The notes under the pieces: model-generated | What the model was told of the DNA's origin: nothing | Database searches by the model: none | What the model saw: only the letters and a program-made list of their open reading frames with translations | Shown here: piece by piece, positions 27,478-37,070 of the stretch | Numbering within the stretch: the first letter of the stretch is position 1 | Layout: the number at the start of each line of letters is the position of its first letter | Position numbers and translations under genes: made by a program | From: a virus | Strand: one strand, 5' to 3' | Virus record (IMG/VR): IMGVR_UViG_3300009370_002293 | Location: 1-64,000 of that record | DNA: 64,000 bases

Positions 27478-27699
27478 GTGAACGTGGACGGGGTTGATTC
27501 CTGTATACCTTTAAAGCATTTAGCGCGTCTTCTGCATTGGCAAACTTTTCTAATTGCTTCGACATTTCCTCTACGATTTGTGGGTGTTCACCAATACCCA
27601 CTGAATTAGAAAAATAAACGTCCAGAGTGGCGCTTGCCTCCTTTTTTGGGCTTCGTATTTAGATTGAAGGGCGTCGGTTAAACTCTTTTTTATGTCCAT
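27470..27699 (-). pseudogene. conserved small phage protein interrupted by a 1-nt frameshift
   Basis: MDIKKSLTDALQSKYEAQK continues in the -1 frame as EASATLDVYFSNSVGIGEHPQIVEEM; break at the A6 run 27642-27647. Confidence 0.65.
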
Positions 27700-28532
27700 T
27701 CTTTAAAAATATTTTTAATTAAAAATTTAAGATTTTTCCATTCGCGTAATCTTCTTAACGTATACGGAAACCAATCGTTTCCGAACGGTACATAGATTCT
27801 AACTTTATATTGTTTTTGAAGCAAGCTTTTTTGTAAATCACGACGGATTCCGTAGAGAAATTCATAATCAAAATAATGTGGACAGGGTATCAATTCGGTT
27901 ATGTCTTCTAAAAGAGATTCATCATGCGTAGCTATAGCTGGTTTATTTGCCTTGGCTGAATAAAGAGTCGCTGCATAATGAAAAAAATTGTTTTCTATAT
28001 CCCATTCATTTTGATAAGCTATTTTTTCAGACTCTTTATAAGCCCCCTTAACTAAACGAACAGAGACATTATTATCTATTAAATGTTGCAGATCATTTTC
28101 TGTTCTAAATAGATTAGCTTGAATAGCCACACCTACGTTTCCGTATTTTTTATTAAGTGATATAGCTGTATTTCGTGTAAGCTCTGTTTTAAAATCTTTT
28201 GAGTCCTCCATGTCCAAACGAATAGTATGCCCATGTTTTTTAGCATACTTTGCAATTTTATTTAAATATTCATAAGAAATAACGGGATTAATAAGCAGCC
28301 CCAGTTGCGAGGGTTTAATAGATATATCTAGCGTAATGTCTTTATAAAACTTAATTATTTTAAAATATTGGTCAGCAGCCTTTTCACAATCTTCACGAGT
28401 TTTACTTAATTCACCTAAATAATCTACAGAAACATCAAACCCATCATTTATTAGCCCCTCAATAACTGGACGCGCGGATTTAAAGTCATGTCCCGCAATA
28501 AAGCGTTTAGCTAATGGATATAATAGGTTCAT
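27690..28532 (-). CDS. monofunctional proline dehydrogenase
   Basis: RFIAG, DYLGE, SIKPSQLG, LDMED, VRLVKGAYKE, IATHD, LYGIR, RIYVPFG..WFPY..RRL.E. Confidence 0.92.
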   Translation of the reverse strand: MNLLYPLAKRFIAGHDFKSARPVIEGLINDGFDVSVDYLGELSKTREDCEKAADQYFKIIKFYKDITLDISIKPSQLGLLINPVISYEYLNKIAKYAKKHGHTIRLDMEDSKDFKTELTRNTAISLNKKYGNVGVAIQANLFRTENDLQHLIDNNVSVRLVKGAYKESEKIAYQNEWDIENNFFHYAATLYSAKANKPAIATHDESLLEDITELIPCPHYFDYEFLYGIRRDLQKSLLQKQYKVRIYVPFGNDWFPYTLRRLREWKNLKFLIKNIFKEWT

Positions 28533-29464
28533 TAAATATTTGGACCATTATACAGTTTATAGACAAGTATAGCTACAGCAATATCCTCAAGGGCTACACC
28601 TGTTGAATCAAAAATAGAAACCCCTTTATTTAGCTGCATTGTTTTATGATTGGCAATTAAAGTGGGTAAACTTGTCACTGGTAAATAAGGCCACTCGTTA
28701 TACTGTAACTCTCCAGAATGAAAAGCTTGAACCGAATCATCGCAAATAACGTCAGCGGCTCCATCAATCACATTAGGCATCAACTCTCTTTTACCAACTG
28801 CGTCAGCACCAACAGCGTTAATATGACAATCGCTTTTAAGATCAAGAATATTCAAATAAGGTTCAGTGGATGGAGTAAGAGTTGTAATAACGTCAGCATC
28901 TCTAACTGCACTTTGTACCGACTCATTTCGCCCATAACTAGAGGCAGAAAGGTTTACACCAAGCCAACGCATCATATCTTTTTGAGCTTTTTCGTTTCTA
29001 TCGTAAAATTGAATATTAATATTAGTTCCAAATACTTCATTGTAAGCGTTTATGTGATATTTAGCTTGCAAGCCACAACCTATGATTGCAAAGTTTTTAG
29101 CTTTTGGGGCACAGTATTTAGCGGCAATCGCAGAAGTAGCTGCGGTTCTATACGCAGTAAGAGTAGTGCAGTCCATAGCCCCCAGTGGTTTACCCGTGAA
29201 CCTATCGTTTAAAAGAAGTGTGCCAATGGTAGTGGGCAAGTTAAATTGTTTATTATTTGGAAATACACCGATCCATTTTAACACAGCGTAGCCCTCTAAA
29301 GCCGCTGGCATGGCCCTAAAATCTCCATTTGAGTGAGCGTTCAGGTAAACCTTTGGAACCATTTTTGCTGTCTTGTCAAGAAAAGCAGACTCAATAGACT
29401 TTATTATATGACTCCATTTACCATCTAAAATTTCGCCCACCTGAATATTATCAATATATTTCAT
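28532..29464 (-). CDS. ornithine cyclodeaminase / mu-crystallin family protein
   Basis: DFRAMPA, TAYRTAA, IIGCGLQA, HINAVGAD..GKREL, FDSTGVALED. Confidence 0.92.
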   Translation of the reverse strand: MKYIDNIQVGEILDGKWSHIIKSIESAFLDKTAKMVPKVYLNAHSNGDFRAMPAALEGYAVLKWIGVFPNNKQFNLPTTIGTLLLNDRFTGKPLGAMDCTTLTAYRTAATSAIAAKYCAPKAKNFAIIGCGLQAKYHINAYNEVFGTNINIQFYDRNEKAQKDMMRWLGVNLSASSYGRNESVQSAVRDADVITTLTPSTEPYLNILDLKSDCHINAVGADAVGKRELMPNVIDGAADVICDDSVQAFHSGELQYNEWPYLPVTSLPTLIANHKTMQLNKGVSIFDSTGVALEDIAVAILVYKLYNGPNI

Positions 29465-30042
29465 TCATTTGGTTTCTCGTGTATATCTGATGGTAAAAGC
29501 TCATGGAACTCCCATTCTTGATTTTGCGATTCGCTTCCTTCACCCTTTTTATCAGAAGGCGCTTTACCTTTTCCTGTTCCGTTTTTCTGTTCACCTTTTG
29601 TTTTATTTAGCTTGCCAAATACGGGTTGTCCCTTTTTTAGTTTTTGGCTGATCTTATTGAGTTGCTCGTGTAATTTACGATTATATTTTATTTTATATAA
29701 ACGAGGTTCAATTAAGTTATTTTTATATCCAAAAAAATCTACTATATTTCCTTTGTTGGATTTATTGGCTGATTCTGCTAAAATATATATTGAGCCTTCC
29801 CTCTTGGTGAGTTTATTGGGTTCTTTTATTATTACCCAGTGAATTAATATTTTTTCTGGTAAGTCATTCTCGTTAGCACCCCAGCCCAAAAAAGTATGAA
29901 TTGAAGTCCAAAAAACAATAGTAAAAACACAAAAGGCTGTAATACAAACGGTTTTAAAATACCATTTTAATGCTGATTCAGTTAGTAACCAAAAAGTTAA
30001 AGCCCCAAATACTAATAATAAAATGGGTAGTGCTATATTCAT
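29461..30042 (-). CDS. two-TM membrane protein
   Basis: two hydrophobic segments; EPRLY..Y...LHE. Confidence 0.75.
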   Translation of the reverse strand: MNIALPILLLVFGALTFWLLTESALKWYFKTVCITAFCVFTIVFWTSIHTFLGWGANENDLPEKILIHWVIIKEPNKLTKREGSIYILAESANKSNKGNIVDFFGYKNNLIEPRLYKIKYNRKLHEQLNKISQKLKKGQPVFGKLNKTKGEQKNGTGKGKAPSDKKGEGSESQNQEWEFHELLPSDIHEKPNE

Positions 30043-30215
30043 TTCTGCTTTTTCCCTTTATTATCCACAATTATTTCCCCACACCCCTCACACAAAACGT
30101 GAACATACTCACCCTCTTCGCAAAGGTTTTTCATATCATTTAATTCGCTTTCCACCCCAAGGGTTTCCCAAGTGCAATCCCAGCAAAAATCAGCCATAAA
30201 TTATTTTATCCTCCT

Positions 30216-30407
30216 TCACTTATATTTATCGGGGTCTTTTTTAAACTTCTTAATACAGGGGGCGCAACACACCCAGTATTTCTTACCTTCATGCTTAAAA
30301 GATACGGGGTCACCCATTGACCCGAGTTTATTTCCCGTTACGATACAAACCCCCTCCTCCTCGCAGCCGAGTCCAAAAATTGCCACTAAAATTATAATAT
30401 ATTTCAT
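30216..30407 (-). CDS. YHS-like metal-binding lipoprotein
   Basis: GLGC lipobox, CIVTG..L..MG, CCAPC..KF..DP.KY. Confidence 0.75.
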   Translation of the reverse strand: MKYIIILVAIFGLGCEEEGVCIVTGNKLGSMGDPVSFKHEGKKYWVCCAPCIKKFKKDPDKYK

Positions 30408-30425
30408 TAAGAATACCTTATCTTA

Positions 30426-30977
30426 TTAATCCCACAAATTCAAATAATACTTACCGTACAAATCTAATCCTTCTTGTACTTTTTTAGCGTGTTTTCTCGC
30501 TTCTGACCAATCCCATTCCCTATCATCGAAAGGTTCATAACACACAGAACCGTCATCATACTCAATTCTAGTGTGTCGAGGGTCATAATCGTCTGGCTTC
30601 TTGGGGGATGGCTCGTTATCTAAATTTTCAAAAGACCAAATAATTTTATTTAATATTTTTTTCCACTCTTTGGCACCCTCTTCTACATCCTTACCTTCTG
30701 ACGCAAATTCTGCTGGGCAACCATGTAAATTATCTCTGAACATTTTTAACCTTGGGACGGCCATTTTTGCATTCCAATGAAAATAATCAAAAGACTCGTG
30801 ATGCTCGAAGCCCGTGGTTAACCTTTGCCATTTACGCCTAACCCAATAGGAAAAATCCGACCACCACCAACTCGGCTTATAGTAAAACCATCTCTCGAAA
30901 AATGATATCTTACCCGTAATGTCACCAAACATTTTAGGTACGACTTTTTTTGATACTATTTTTCTTTCAGTTTTCAT
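30426..30977 (-). CDS. conserved hypothetical phage protein
   Basis: ends with GLDLYGKYYLNLWD. Confidence 0.75.
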   Translation of the reverse strand: MKTERKIVSKKVVPKMFGDITGKISFFERWFYYKPSWWWSDFSYWVRRKWQRLTTGFEHHESFDYFHWNAKMAVPRLKMFRDNLHGCPAEFASEGKDVEEGAKEWKKILNKIIWSFENLDNEPSPKKPDDYDPRHTRIEYDDGSVCYEPFDDREWDWSEARKHAKKVQEGLDLYGKYYLNLWD

Positions 30978-31161
30978 TTTCTCTCGCCACCTCTTGCTCT
31001 ATCATATCCACGAACCATTTACTCAAGCTTTTTTCGTGAACACGCTTTTTGCCCGTGGCTTTTTTATAAAGCTCTTCAAAACTTTTGGAGTATTCTACTT
31101 CCCATTCCACACCACCACCTTCAAGGGGCGTTTCTTTAATTATTTCAAAGTATCTATTCAT
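30967..31161 (-). CDS. hypothetical protein
   Basis: ORF in operon. Confidence 0.6.
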   Translation of the reverse strand: MNRYFEIIKETPLEGGGVEWEVEYSKSFEELYKKATGKKRVHEKSLSKWFVDMIEQEVARENEN

Positions 31162-31162
31162 T

Positions 31163-31792
31163 TCAAAATTTCAACTTACCTTCTATTTTCCAAGAACTGT
31201 TTAACTTATCTCCTAACCAGCGAACCCCTCGGAAAACACGATTTATTAACCTATTCCAATACTGACCGAAAAATCTATAACGCCATTTCTGCTGATACTC
31301 TTTACGAGCTTTTATCTCCGCATCAATACGAGCACTTTGCTCTTTTCTTTGCTTATTGGATTCTTCCTTAAACTCTACAAGCTGTATCTCTCCTTCCACT
31401 TTTCCATCTTTAATGTGAACTTTATATTCCACCCAAGCATCGTGTTCGGGATCAATATTTTGAATAAAGTCATAAAAATTAATATACCCAGTATATTCGT
31501 ATTTAACCCATTCTTCGGATGTAGGCTCTAAACACCACATAGGATGCCAAAATCCACCACTGTCTCTGTCTTTCTTTTCTTCTTTAGTTAGTTCTCTCTT
31601 TTCGTACTCTACTTTTTTCTCGTAGAGGACTCTATCTTTGCCGATCTTATACTCTATAAGGGCATTATCTAAATCCTTGGTTTGGTATTGATGGTCTGCT
31701 TTGTACGGTATATGCACAACAAGCTTTTCACCTTCTTTACTCTCCAATCGAGGGAGAGGCATTTCACACGTTATATAATCAAACATTCCCAT
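31163..31792 (-). CDS. conserved hypothetical protein (paralog of 41956-42510)
   Basis: MGMFDYI.C..PLP, YQTKDL, TG.INFY, W.EY. Confidence 0.75.
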   Translation of the reverse strand: MGMFDYITCEMPLPRLESKEGEKLVVHIPYKADHQYQTKDLDNALIEYKIGKDRVLYEKKVEYEKRELTKEEKKDRDSGGFWHPMWCLEPTSEEWVKYEYTGYINFYDFIQNIDPEHDAWVEYKVHIKDGKVEGEIQLVEFKEESNKQRKEQSARIDAEIKARKEYQQKWRYRFFGQYWNRLINRVFRGVRWLGDKLNSSWKIEGKLKF

Positions 31793-32054
31793 TGACCCAC
31801 CTCGCTAATTCTTTTGCCTCTTCTTTACTTAAAATTAATTGATCATCATAATAATTACCCTTGGTCAGCGCCATCCAGCATAACTTTAGTCTCATCCACC
31901 AAGTTAATTTGACGGGGTCTAAGCCCTCTCGCCAAAAACTAACATAGATTTCTTCTTCGCCATCAAACTTGGTAAGTAACATACCTTCGCCGTGACAGCT
32001 ACATTTAATAAATTTTTCTTTATCAGCCATCACCTTAAATTTTTTCTGACCCAA
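31779..32054 (-). CDS. hypothetical protein
   Basis: ORF; CSCHGE. Confidence 0.6.
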   Translation of the reverse strand: MGQKKFKVMADKEKFIKCSCHGEGMLLTKFDGEEEIYVSFWREGLDPVKLTWWMRLKLCWMALTKGNYYDDQLILSKEEAKELARWVNGNV

Positions 32055-32539
32055 GGCTGCATCCTGTTAGTCTTGGGATCATAGTATAACGTAGGTCTAC
32101 CATATAGATAGCCATTATTTAAATGAAATCTGCGAGTGAATAACGGAACATTATTGGTCTGGGGTTGTTGGGGTCTCTGCGGCGCAGTAATATTTGGCTG
32201 TTGTGGAATAGAAGGTTGATAAGGTTGTGCTTGCCAGTTTTGCTGTGGAGAGTATTGTTGCTGTGGCCTCTGGAAGTTTTGCTGTGGAGAGTATTGTTGC
32301 TGTGGCCTCTGGAAATTGTTTTGGAAACCGTAATTTACGTTTGGACGCCCAAGAGTAAAGTTGTTTGGTCGCTGAAACTGTTGCTGTGGAAAAAACTGTG
32401 GCTGTTGAAGGCCATAGTTAGGACGCTGGTATTGAGGCGTCATTATTCCTCTGTTGTTGAATGGATTGTAGGTAGGGGCTGCAAATTGACCTAAAGCCGT
32501 AAGACTCGTTAAACATAAAATTAATAATATTTTTTTCAT
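32030..32539 (-). CDS. secreted Q/P/N-rich low-complexity protein
   Basis: signal peptide; FQRPQQQYSPQQN twice. Confidence 0.7.
   Translation of the reverse strand: MKKILLILCLTSLTALGQFAAPTYNPFNNRGIMTPQYQRPNYGLQQPQFFPQQQFQRPNNFTLGRPNVNYGFQNNFQRPQQQYSPQQNFQRPQQQYSPQQNWQAQPYQPSIPQQPNITAPQRPQQPQTNNVPLFTRRFHLNNGYLYGRPTLYYDPKTNRMQPWVRKNLR
32236..32313. repeat. 39-bp tandem duplication in a CDS
   Basis: agttttgctgtggagagtattgttgctgtggcctctgga x2. Confidence 0.85.
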
Positions 32540-32561
32540 AAAATGGGTACTCCGAATGGGT

Positions 32562-32831
32562 TTAGTTATTTGTTATTCTCTTTTTTAAATTAAATTTTTC
32601 CATCAAATTAGACACACCAATTATCTCAATGCCTACCTGAGTATTTACTTCGTCTGTATCTATCGATATCATATTATTTTGCTTATCGACGTAAACCATT
32701 ACCGAACCCACCTTACCTTGGGGTGGGGCCACATAAATATACATTGAATCGGTGCTTTGATCATAAGTAATTCTGTTATCGAAATCGTACTCGTTATACT
32801 TTCCGTAACCGTCTGGATATTCAACTTTCAT
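32562..32831 (-). CDS. DUF2283-like protein
   Basis: ITYD..TDSMYI..VGIEIIG.S. Confidence 0.6.
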   Translation of the reverse strand: MKVEYPDGYGKYNEYDFDNRITYDQSTDSMYIYVAPPQGKVGSVMVYVDKQNNMISIDTDEVNTQVGIEIIGVSNLMEKFNLKKRITNN

Positions 32832-32850
32832 TTGGTTATATCAGTTTCTT

Positions 32851-33123
32851 TTACTGATAAAGTTGAGAGATGGGGACTTGTAATTTATTTATTTTTTTAA
32901 TGTTATTTTCTTTAGTTTCTTTATTTTTAATAATCCAATGGTAAAGCGTACTACTTCCGTGCCCATAATCATAAGGTAGGAGGCGATAATCTTTTGTTTC
33001 TATTTCTGGGGGCTTGCCCCAATTAACGGGGAATGGCTTGCCGTTTGGGCTATAATAACGAGTAGGTTGATTAAACAAACAGCCACCCGAAAACACAATA
33101 ATTAATATTAAATATTTTAACAT
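32851..33123 (-). CDS. putative lipoprotein
   Basis: SGGC lipobox; FP..WG.PP...T.D...LP..YG.GSST. Confidence 0.65.
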   Translation of the reverse strand: MLKYLILIIVFSGGCLFNQPTRYYSPNGKPFPVNWGKPPEIETKDYRLLPYDYGHGSSTLYHWIIKNKETKENNIKKINKLQVPISQLYQ

Positions 33124-33126
33124 ATT

Positions 33127-33318
33127 CTATTTAAACTTTTTATATCGTTTATACCCCCACCATACTTTTCTGAGCGTCCACTCTTTAAAAGCAGCCTCAG
33201 GCCACTCCCCCCTTTTTTTTAAAATAAAAATCTCTTTTTCTGTTTCTCGAATTTTGCGAGAAAAATACTTCCGCACTGAATATTTCGGAACCCATGATGG
33301 TAAATGGAAATCACTCAC
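33127..33318 (-). CDS. hypothetical protein
   Basis: ORF. Confidence 0.5.
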   Translation of the reverse strand: MSDFHLPSWVPKYSVRKYFSRKIRETEKEIFILKKRGEWPEAAFKEWTLRKVWWGYKRYKKFK

Positions 33319-33721
33319 TCCAATGCTCCTTTATTACCTTTATGGGCGTCTCTCCTAAGTACCATATTTGGCAACTATGTATTCCTAAACAGGGCCAATT
33401 CATCACGTTTTGCATCATAAAAGTATAATCAAGCCCATTTTTATATTTAAATTTAATAAACGCACATTCTATGTTGACTTGTTTATCTTCTATGTACCTG
33501 ACTAATATTTCAGGTTTGTGTTGTATAAACCCCTCTATAACCAACTTACAATGTTCTGTTGACGCATCTGGGCTTTTTGTCATTTTAACAGACTCAAGAC
33601 CAGACCCGTCTTTGGCCACCCCATTTAACAACAAATAAATAACATATTTTTCATGTAAATCATTTAATTTTTCATAAAAAATTTTATCTACCTCGCCTGA
33701 AAATATATAGCGCTCTGTCAC
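33311..33721 (-). CDS. hypothetical protein
   Basis: ORF. Confidence 0.65.
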   Translation of the reverse strand: MTERYIFSGEVDKIFYEKLNDLHEKYVIYLLLNGVAKDGSGLESVKMTKSPDASTEHCKLVIEGFIQHKPEILVRYIEDKQVNIECAFIKFKYKNGLDYTFMMQNVMNWPCLGIHSCQIWYLGETPIKVIKEHWSE

Positions 33722-33840
33722 GACCTACTTGTACAACCTTTTGTGTTAACACCTTATGCAACCTTTTGTTTTGTAATCTAAGTTCAAGGTTTTCGGACTT
33801 TAATTTTTTTAATTGATACTGAGCTATTCGTAAATTCATT

Positions 33841-34344
33841 TTATATTTTTAGTAAGTTCTTTAAAGTTGCCCAATTTTCTTCTATATCACCATCAGTTGA
33901 AAGAAAATATTCGGGATCACCGGCCTCGAAATCTTTTACATGATAATCTTTTCTTAAATCTCTATTGGACTTTAAAAACACTTCAATAACATTATTTTGA
34001 TTATTATTTTTCAATTCTTTTCTTAAATGTTCATAAGGGTTTACAAGGCACATTATAACATCTGTTCCGTCTTTCACGGGGCGCCCCTGAATACTATTTC
34101 CGCCTTCTGACTTGCAATAAATGGCAACCCATTCATTTTGCTCCGCCTTTTTATTAAGATATGTAGCCACCGCATTGGCATTTTTAATATTTTCTTCACG
34201 CCCTTCCCTGCCATAATTCTTGTTTGTAAACATTTCTCTAAACTCATCACCATCAATTATAAATGGAGTGTTAAGTTCATCAGCAAGAAGCTTCCCCAGT
34301 GTTGTCTTTCCTGAGGCTGGTTGCCCATACAATACATAAATCAT
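33841..34344 (-). CDS. cysC: adenylyl-sulfate kinase-like P-loop kinase
   Basis: GQPASGKTT, IDGDEFR, Y.REGREENI, NPY..LR. Confidence 0.7.
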   Translation of the reverse strand: MIYVLYGQPASGKTTLGKLLADELNTPFIIDGDEFREMFTNKNYGREGREENIKNANAVATYLNKKAEQNEWVAIYCKSEGGNSIQGRPVKDGTDVIMCLVNPYEHLRKELKNNNQNNVIEVFLKSNRDLRKDYHVKDFEAGDPEYFLSTDGDIEENWATLKNLLKI

Positions 34345-34345
34345 A

Positions 34346-34936
34346 TCATTCTTCTAGGGGGGTTATAAGGTTTGCGGGCAACTCATTTACATCTAAAATA
34401 TCACCATTTTTATCCGTTGTAAAGCGAAAAGCGGTTTTCTCTTGCCCTGTAGTTTCAAACACCCTTTCTTTTACCACTACTTCTTTAAAGGGTTTAATTT
34501 TAATCAATCTAATTGAAGCCTTTATGGGTTCGGTGTCTCTTTTGGAATAAACGTGAACAGTTACAATATTTTCACCGGCAACAACACCTCTAAATGAAAC
34601 CACTTCTTCGTGAAACTCTACTATTTTACCCTCTTGTCCTTGACCTAATTGATTATTTCTACTTCCTAGTGCATCGTGGTCTAGACTAATTAAACTCCCG
34701 TCACCACCTTCTCTATTGTTAAAATAAACCTTATGCCCCGAAGCCGATTGAACATATAAATCCAAATCGTCTGCGCTTTCTCCGCGCCATGTTAAAACAA
34801 CTTCATATATAACATTAGGTGGGCGCGCCTTTGTTTTTTCTTCTTCTGTTTTTAACAAAAAAAGAATGGCAACCAACATCAACAGACAACAAAAGAGTAC
34901 GTCAATAAAGGGCCTGAATGAAAAAAACTTTCTCAT
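34346..34936 (-). CDS. ExbD/MotB-like single-TM protein with periplasmic beta domain
   Basis: TM with conserved Asp (PFIDVLF); DDLDLYV, LDHD.LG. Confidence 0.65.
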   Translation of the reverse strand: MRKFFSFRPFIDVLFCCLLMLVAILFLLKTEEEKTKARPPNVIYEVVLTWRGESADDLDLYVQSASGHKVYFNNREGGDGSLISLDHDALGSRNNQLGQGQEGKIVEFHEEVVSFRGVVAGENIVTVHVYSKRDTEPIKASIRLIKIKPFKEVVVKERVFETTGQEKTAFRFTTDKNGDILDVNELPANLITPLEE

Positions 34937-34938
34937 AT

Positions 34939-35427
34939 TTAATTATCCGCAACATCTTTTGAATCCAATTTAAATTTTAAAATCATAAGTTGAACTTGAA
35001 GTGGTAAACTAAATACAATACCACAAACTGTTGTATAAAATGCCGTATTTAAACCTTCTTTGAGGCCCGCTACTATTTGGCTTGTCTGTAAAGAGGAATC
35101 TAAGTTACCTTTAGTAGCGATAACCAACCCTATAATAGTTCCAAGTAAGCCTAAAGAAAAAAAATGTTCGGCTGCAAACCAACCAACTGCCGCTTTTTTT
35201 GCCAAAAAATTCGTGGCCTCTTTTTCCTTTTTCTTATTTATTCTATCAGCTAAGTAACAAAGCCGCCCGATGTATCCAGAAACTATAACATATAAAAACA
35301 TAATCAATATAGATATATGCGAGAGGTCATTCTTAATGATAGAAGAGATTATACCCTTTTGTTCCGCAAAAAATAAAGAAGTTATAATTACAGAATTAAC
35401 CAAAAACCACTTTATAAATGTTGTCAT
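34939..35427 (-). CDS. MotA/TolQ/ExbB proton channel family protein
   Basis: LGLLGTIIGL..GLNTAFYTTVCGI. Confidence 0.85.
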   Translation of the reverse strand: MTTFIKWFLVNSVIITSLFFAEQKGIISSIIKNDLSHISILIMFLYVIVSGYIGRLCYLADRINKKKEKEATNFLAKKAAVGWFAAEHFFSLGLLGTIIGLVIATKGNLDSSLQTSQIVAGLKEGLNTAFYTTVCGIVFSLPLQVQLMILKFKLDSKDVADN

Positions 35428-35429
35428 AA

Positions 35430-35747
35430 TTATACGCCCCCGGTTTCACTAGTAGTATCATATTCAGTGGACCAATCTGAATCCGAGTTATTGGTGTCAT
35501 CTTGAAGCTCCCTTTCTATAATTTTCACAGGAGAAACAAAAACTCGTGTATTGAATTCTTTAGAATAATTAATGGCATTATGGTAATGTAAAAATCTACC
35601 AACAATATGCCCTCCTTGTACTACCTCATAAAATTTCATGCTAGTATTGTCTTTCGTCGTAATCCGTATAATGAAGACGGTTGGACTCGTTACTGGTATG
35701 CCATTCGTAGGTTTCAGTACGTGGTCTAATGCATTGGTCCATTTCAA
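35430..35747 (-). CDS. hypothetical protein (start uncertain)
   Basis: ORF. Confidence 0.45.
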   Translation of the reverse strand: MKWTNALDHVLKPTNGIPVTSPTVFIIRITTKDNTSMKFYEVVQGGHIVGRFLHYHNAINYSKEFNTRVFVSPVKIIERELQDDTNNSDSDWSTEYDTTSETGGV

Positions 35748-35852
35748 ATTGTCTCTGACGACACACTAAAATACTCTCAAGGTGATTTTTAACAGTCTTC
35801 TCGCGATTAAACCATAAACTTATACGCAAAAAAAACTTAAATAAAAAAAGGT

Positions 35853-36227
35853 TTACTCTTTCCATGTTAATTTTATTAGGTTGTCGCCAAAAAATTCTTC
35901 TGTATAATTGATTACACTTTTATAAGCAAAAGGTTTACAAGTATATATATCTATTGAAAAAAACGGAGGTTTACGGTTATCCCAGCCATAAATATGCATT
36001 CCGCTCTCTTTCCAGTGCATATAGGCGCACCACCCATAATTTGCCTCATAATTACATACAGGGGTGGTTACGGCAGTCATATTTAAGACTTTTGTAATTT
36101 CTTGGCAATATTGGGTCATTTGTTCGGGTGTAAAAGGATTATGTAGAGTCCCTTCAACAACTATACGCTGCCTGCAAATATCAGGTGCTAGATCAATCCA
36201 TTCATTATTTAAATAATTTTTGTCCAT
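35853..36227 (-). CDS. speD: S-adenosylmethionine decarboxylase-like proenzyme
   Basis: WKESGMHIYGW..FSIDIYTCKPF with ES cleavage motif. Confidence 0.7.
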   Translation of the reverse strand: MDKNYLNNEWIDLAPDICRQRIVVEGTLHNPFTPEQMTQYCQEITKVLNMTAVTTPVCNYEANYGWCAYMHWKESGMHIYGWDNRKPPFFSIDIYTCKPFAYKSVINYTEEFFGDNLIKLTWKE

Positions 36228-36442
36228 TTTAAGTATCCATATAGGTTCATTAATAAAATAACAAAAGACATCACTGATGTCGAGTATGCTTTTTTGAAAA
36301 AACAATACAATCCAACGCAAAAATTACCAATAATCCAAGCGATCCAGCCAGATACACAATGGTTAGCGTTAAGATAATAGCCAGCGACCACAAAAAATGC
36401 ACCAATTCCGCCAAGAATTTCATAGAAGCCGCTGACTTTCAT
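36209..36442 (-). CDS. small PnuC-like membrane protein
   Basis: GW.AW..GN..NLYGYLKW. Confidence 0.55.
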   Translation of the reverse strand: MKVSGFYEILGGIGAFFVVAGYYLNANHCVSGWIAWIIGNFCVGLYCFFKKAYSTSVMSFVILLMNLYGYLKWTKII

Positions 36443-37004
36443 GGCTCTCTGGGAAGCATTTTTTTTCAATTTCATAAAAATTTTTTAATAAATTTACATC
36501 TATTTTAAGTTCTGTTCTTAATTGTGATATTTTTTTATGTTTTAACTCTTTGAAGTCTACCATAGAAAGATCGGTTTCACAAAGCGATCCAGCTTTAATC
36601 GCTAAGTTAAACACAAACCTTTCTTCTTCTCCAAAATTATACCCTTCTGGATATAAATATTTAGCACAAAACATAAATAAATTTTTACGCCAGCGAGACA
36701 TTTTTTTAGTGCTCCCCATTGTATAGCCAATTACAAATGCCTCATCTTTGGTCATTAGTCCTCTACCTAGCAATAAGTGAACACAATCATGTGTCTCTAG
36801 AGATACCGACCCTGAAAATAATCCTACGTCATATTTTGGGTTTTCAACAAGTCTTATGATAAATGGCACCTCTTCAGGTTTCAATTTAAAGGAATCCATC
36901 GATTTAAGTCCTCTTAACAGAGAGATTTGTTTTTTGTTAAATAATGGTATATGCCACTCTTTAACAAGCCTCTCTTGTTCCTCTATGTATTGGCGCGGTG
37001 TCAT
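36420..37004 (-). CDS. hypothetical protein with HDxxH metal motif (Coq4-like)
   Basis: ETHDCVHLLLG....DEA. Confidence 0.6.
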   Translation of the reverse strand: MTPRQYIEEQERLVKEWHIPLFNKKQISLLRGLKSMDSFKLKPEEVPFIIRLVENPKYDVGLFSGSVSLETHDCVHLLLGRGLMTKDEAFVIGYTMGSTKKMSRWRKNLFMFCAKYLYPEGYNFGEEERFVFNLAIKAGSLCETDLSMVDFKELKHKKISQLRTELKIDVNLLKNFYEIEKKCFPESHESQRLL

Positions 37005-37056
37005 TTAATCTCTATAGTATTATATTTTATTTTAAATAATAAGTCAAAGATTTTTA

Positions 37057-37065
37057 GTGTAATTA
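37057..37065 (+). promoter_or_regulatory. putative phage late promoter GTGTAA
   Basis: GTGTAATTA 14 nt before ATG 37071; recurs at several other sites. Confidence 0.65.
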
Positions 37066-37070
37066 AGAAT

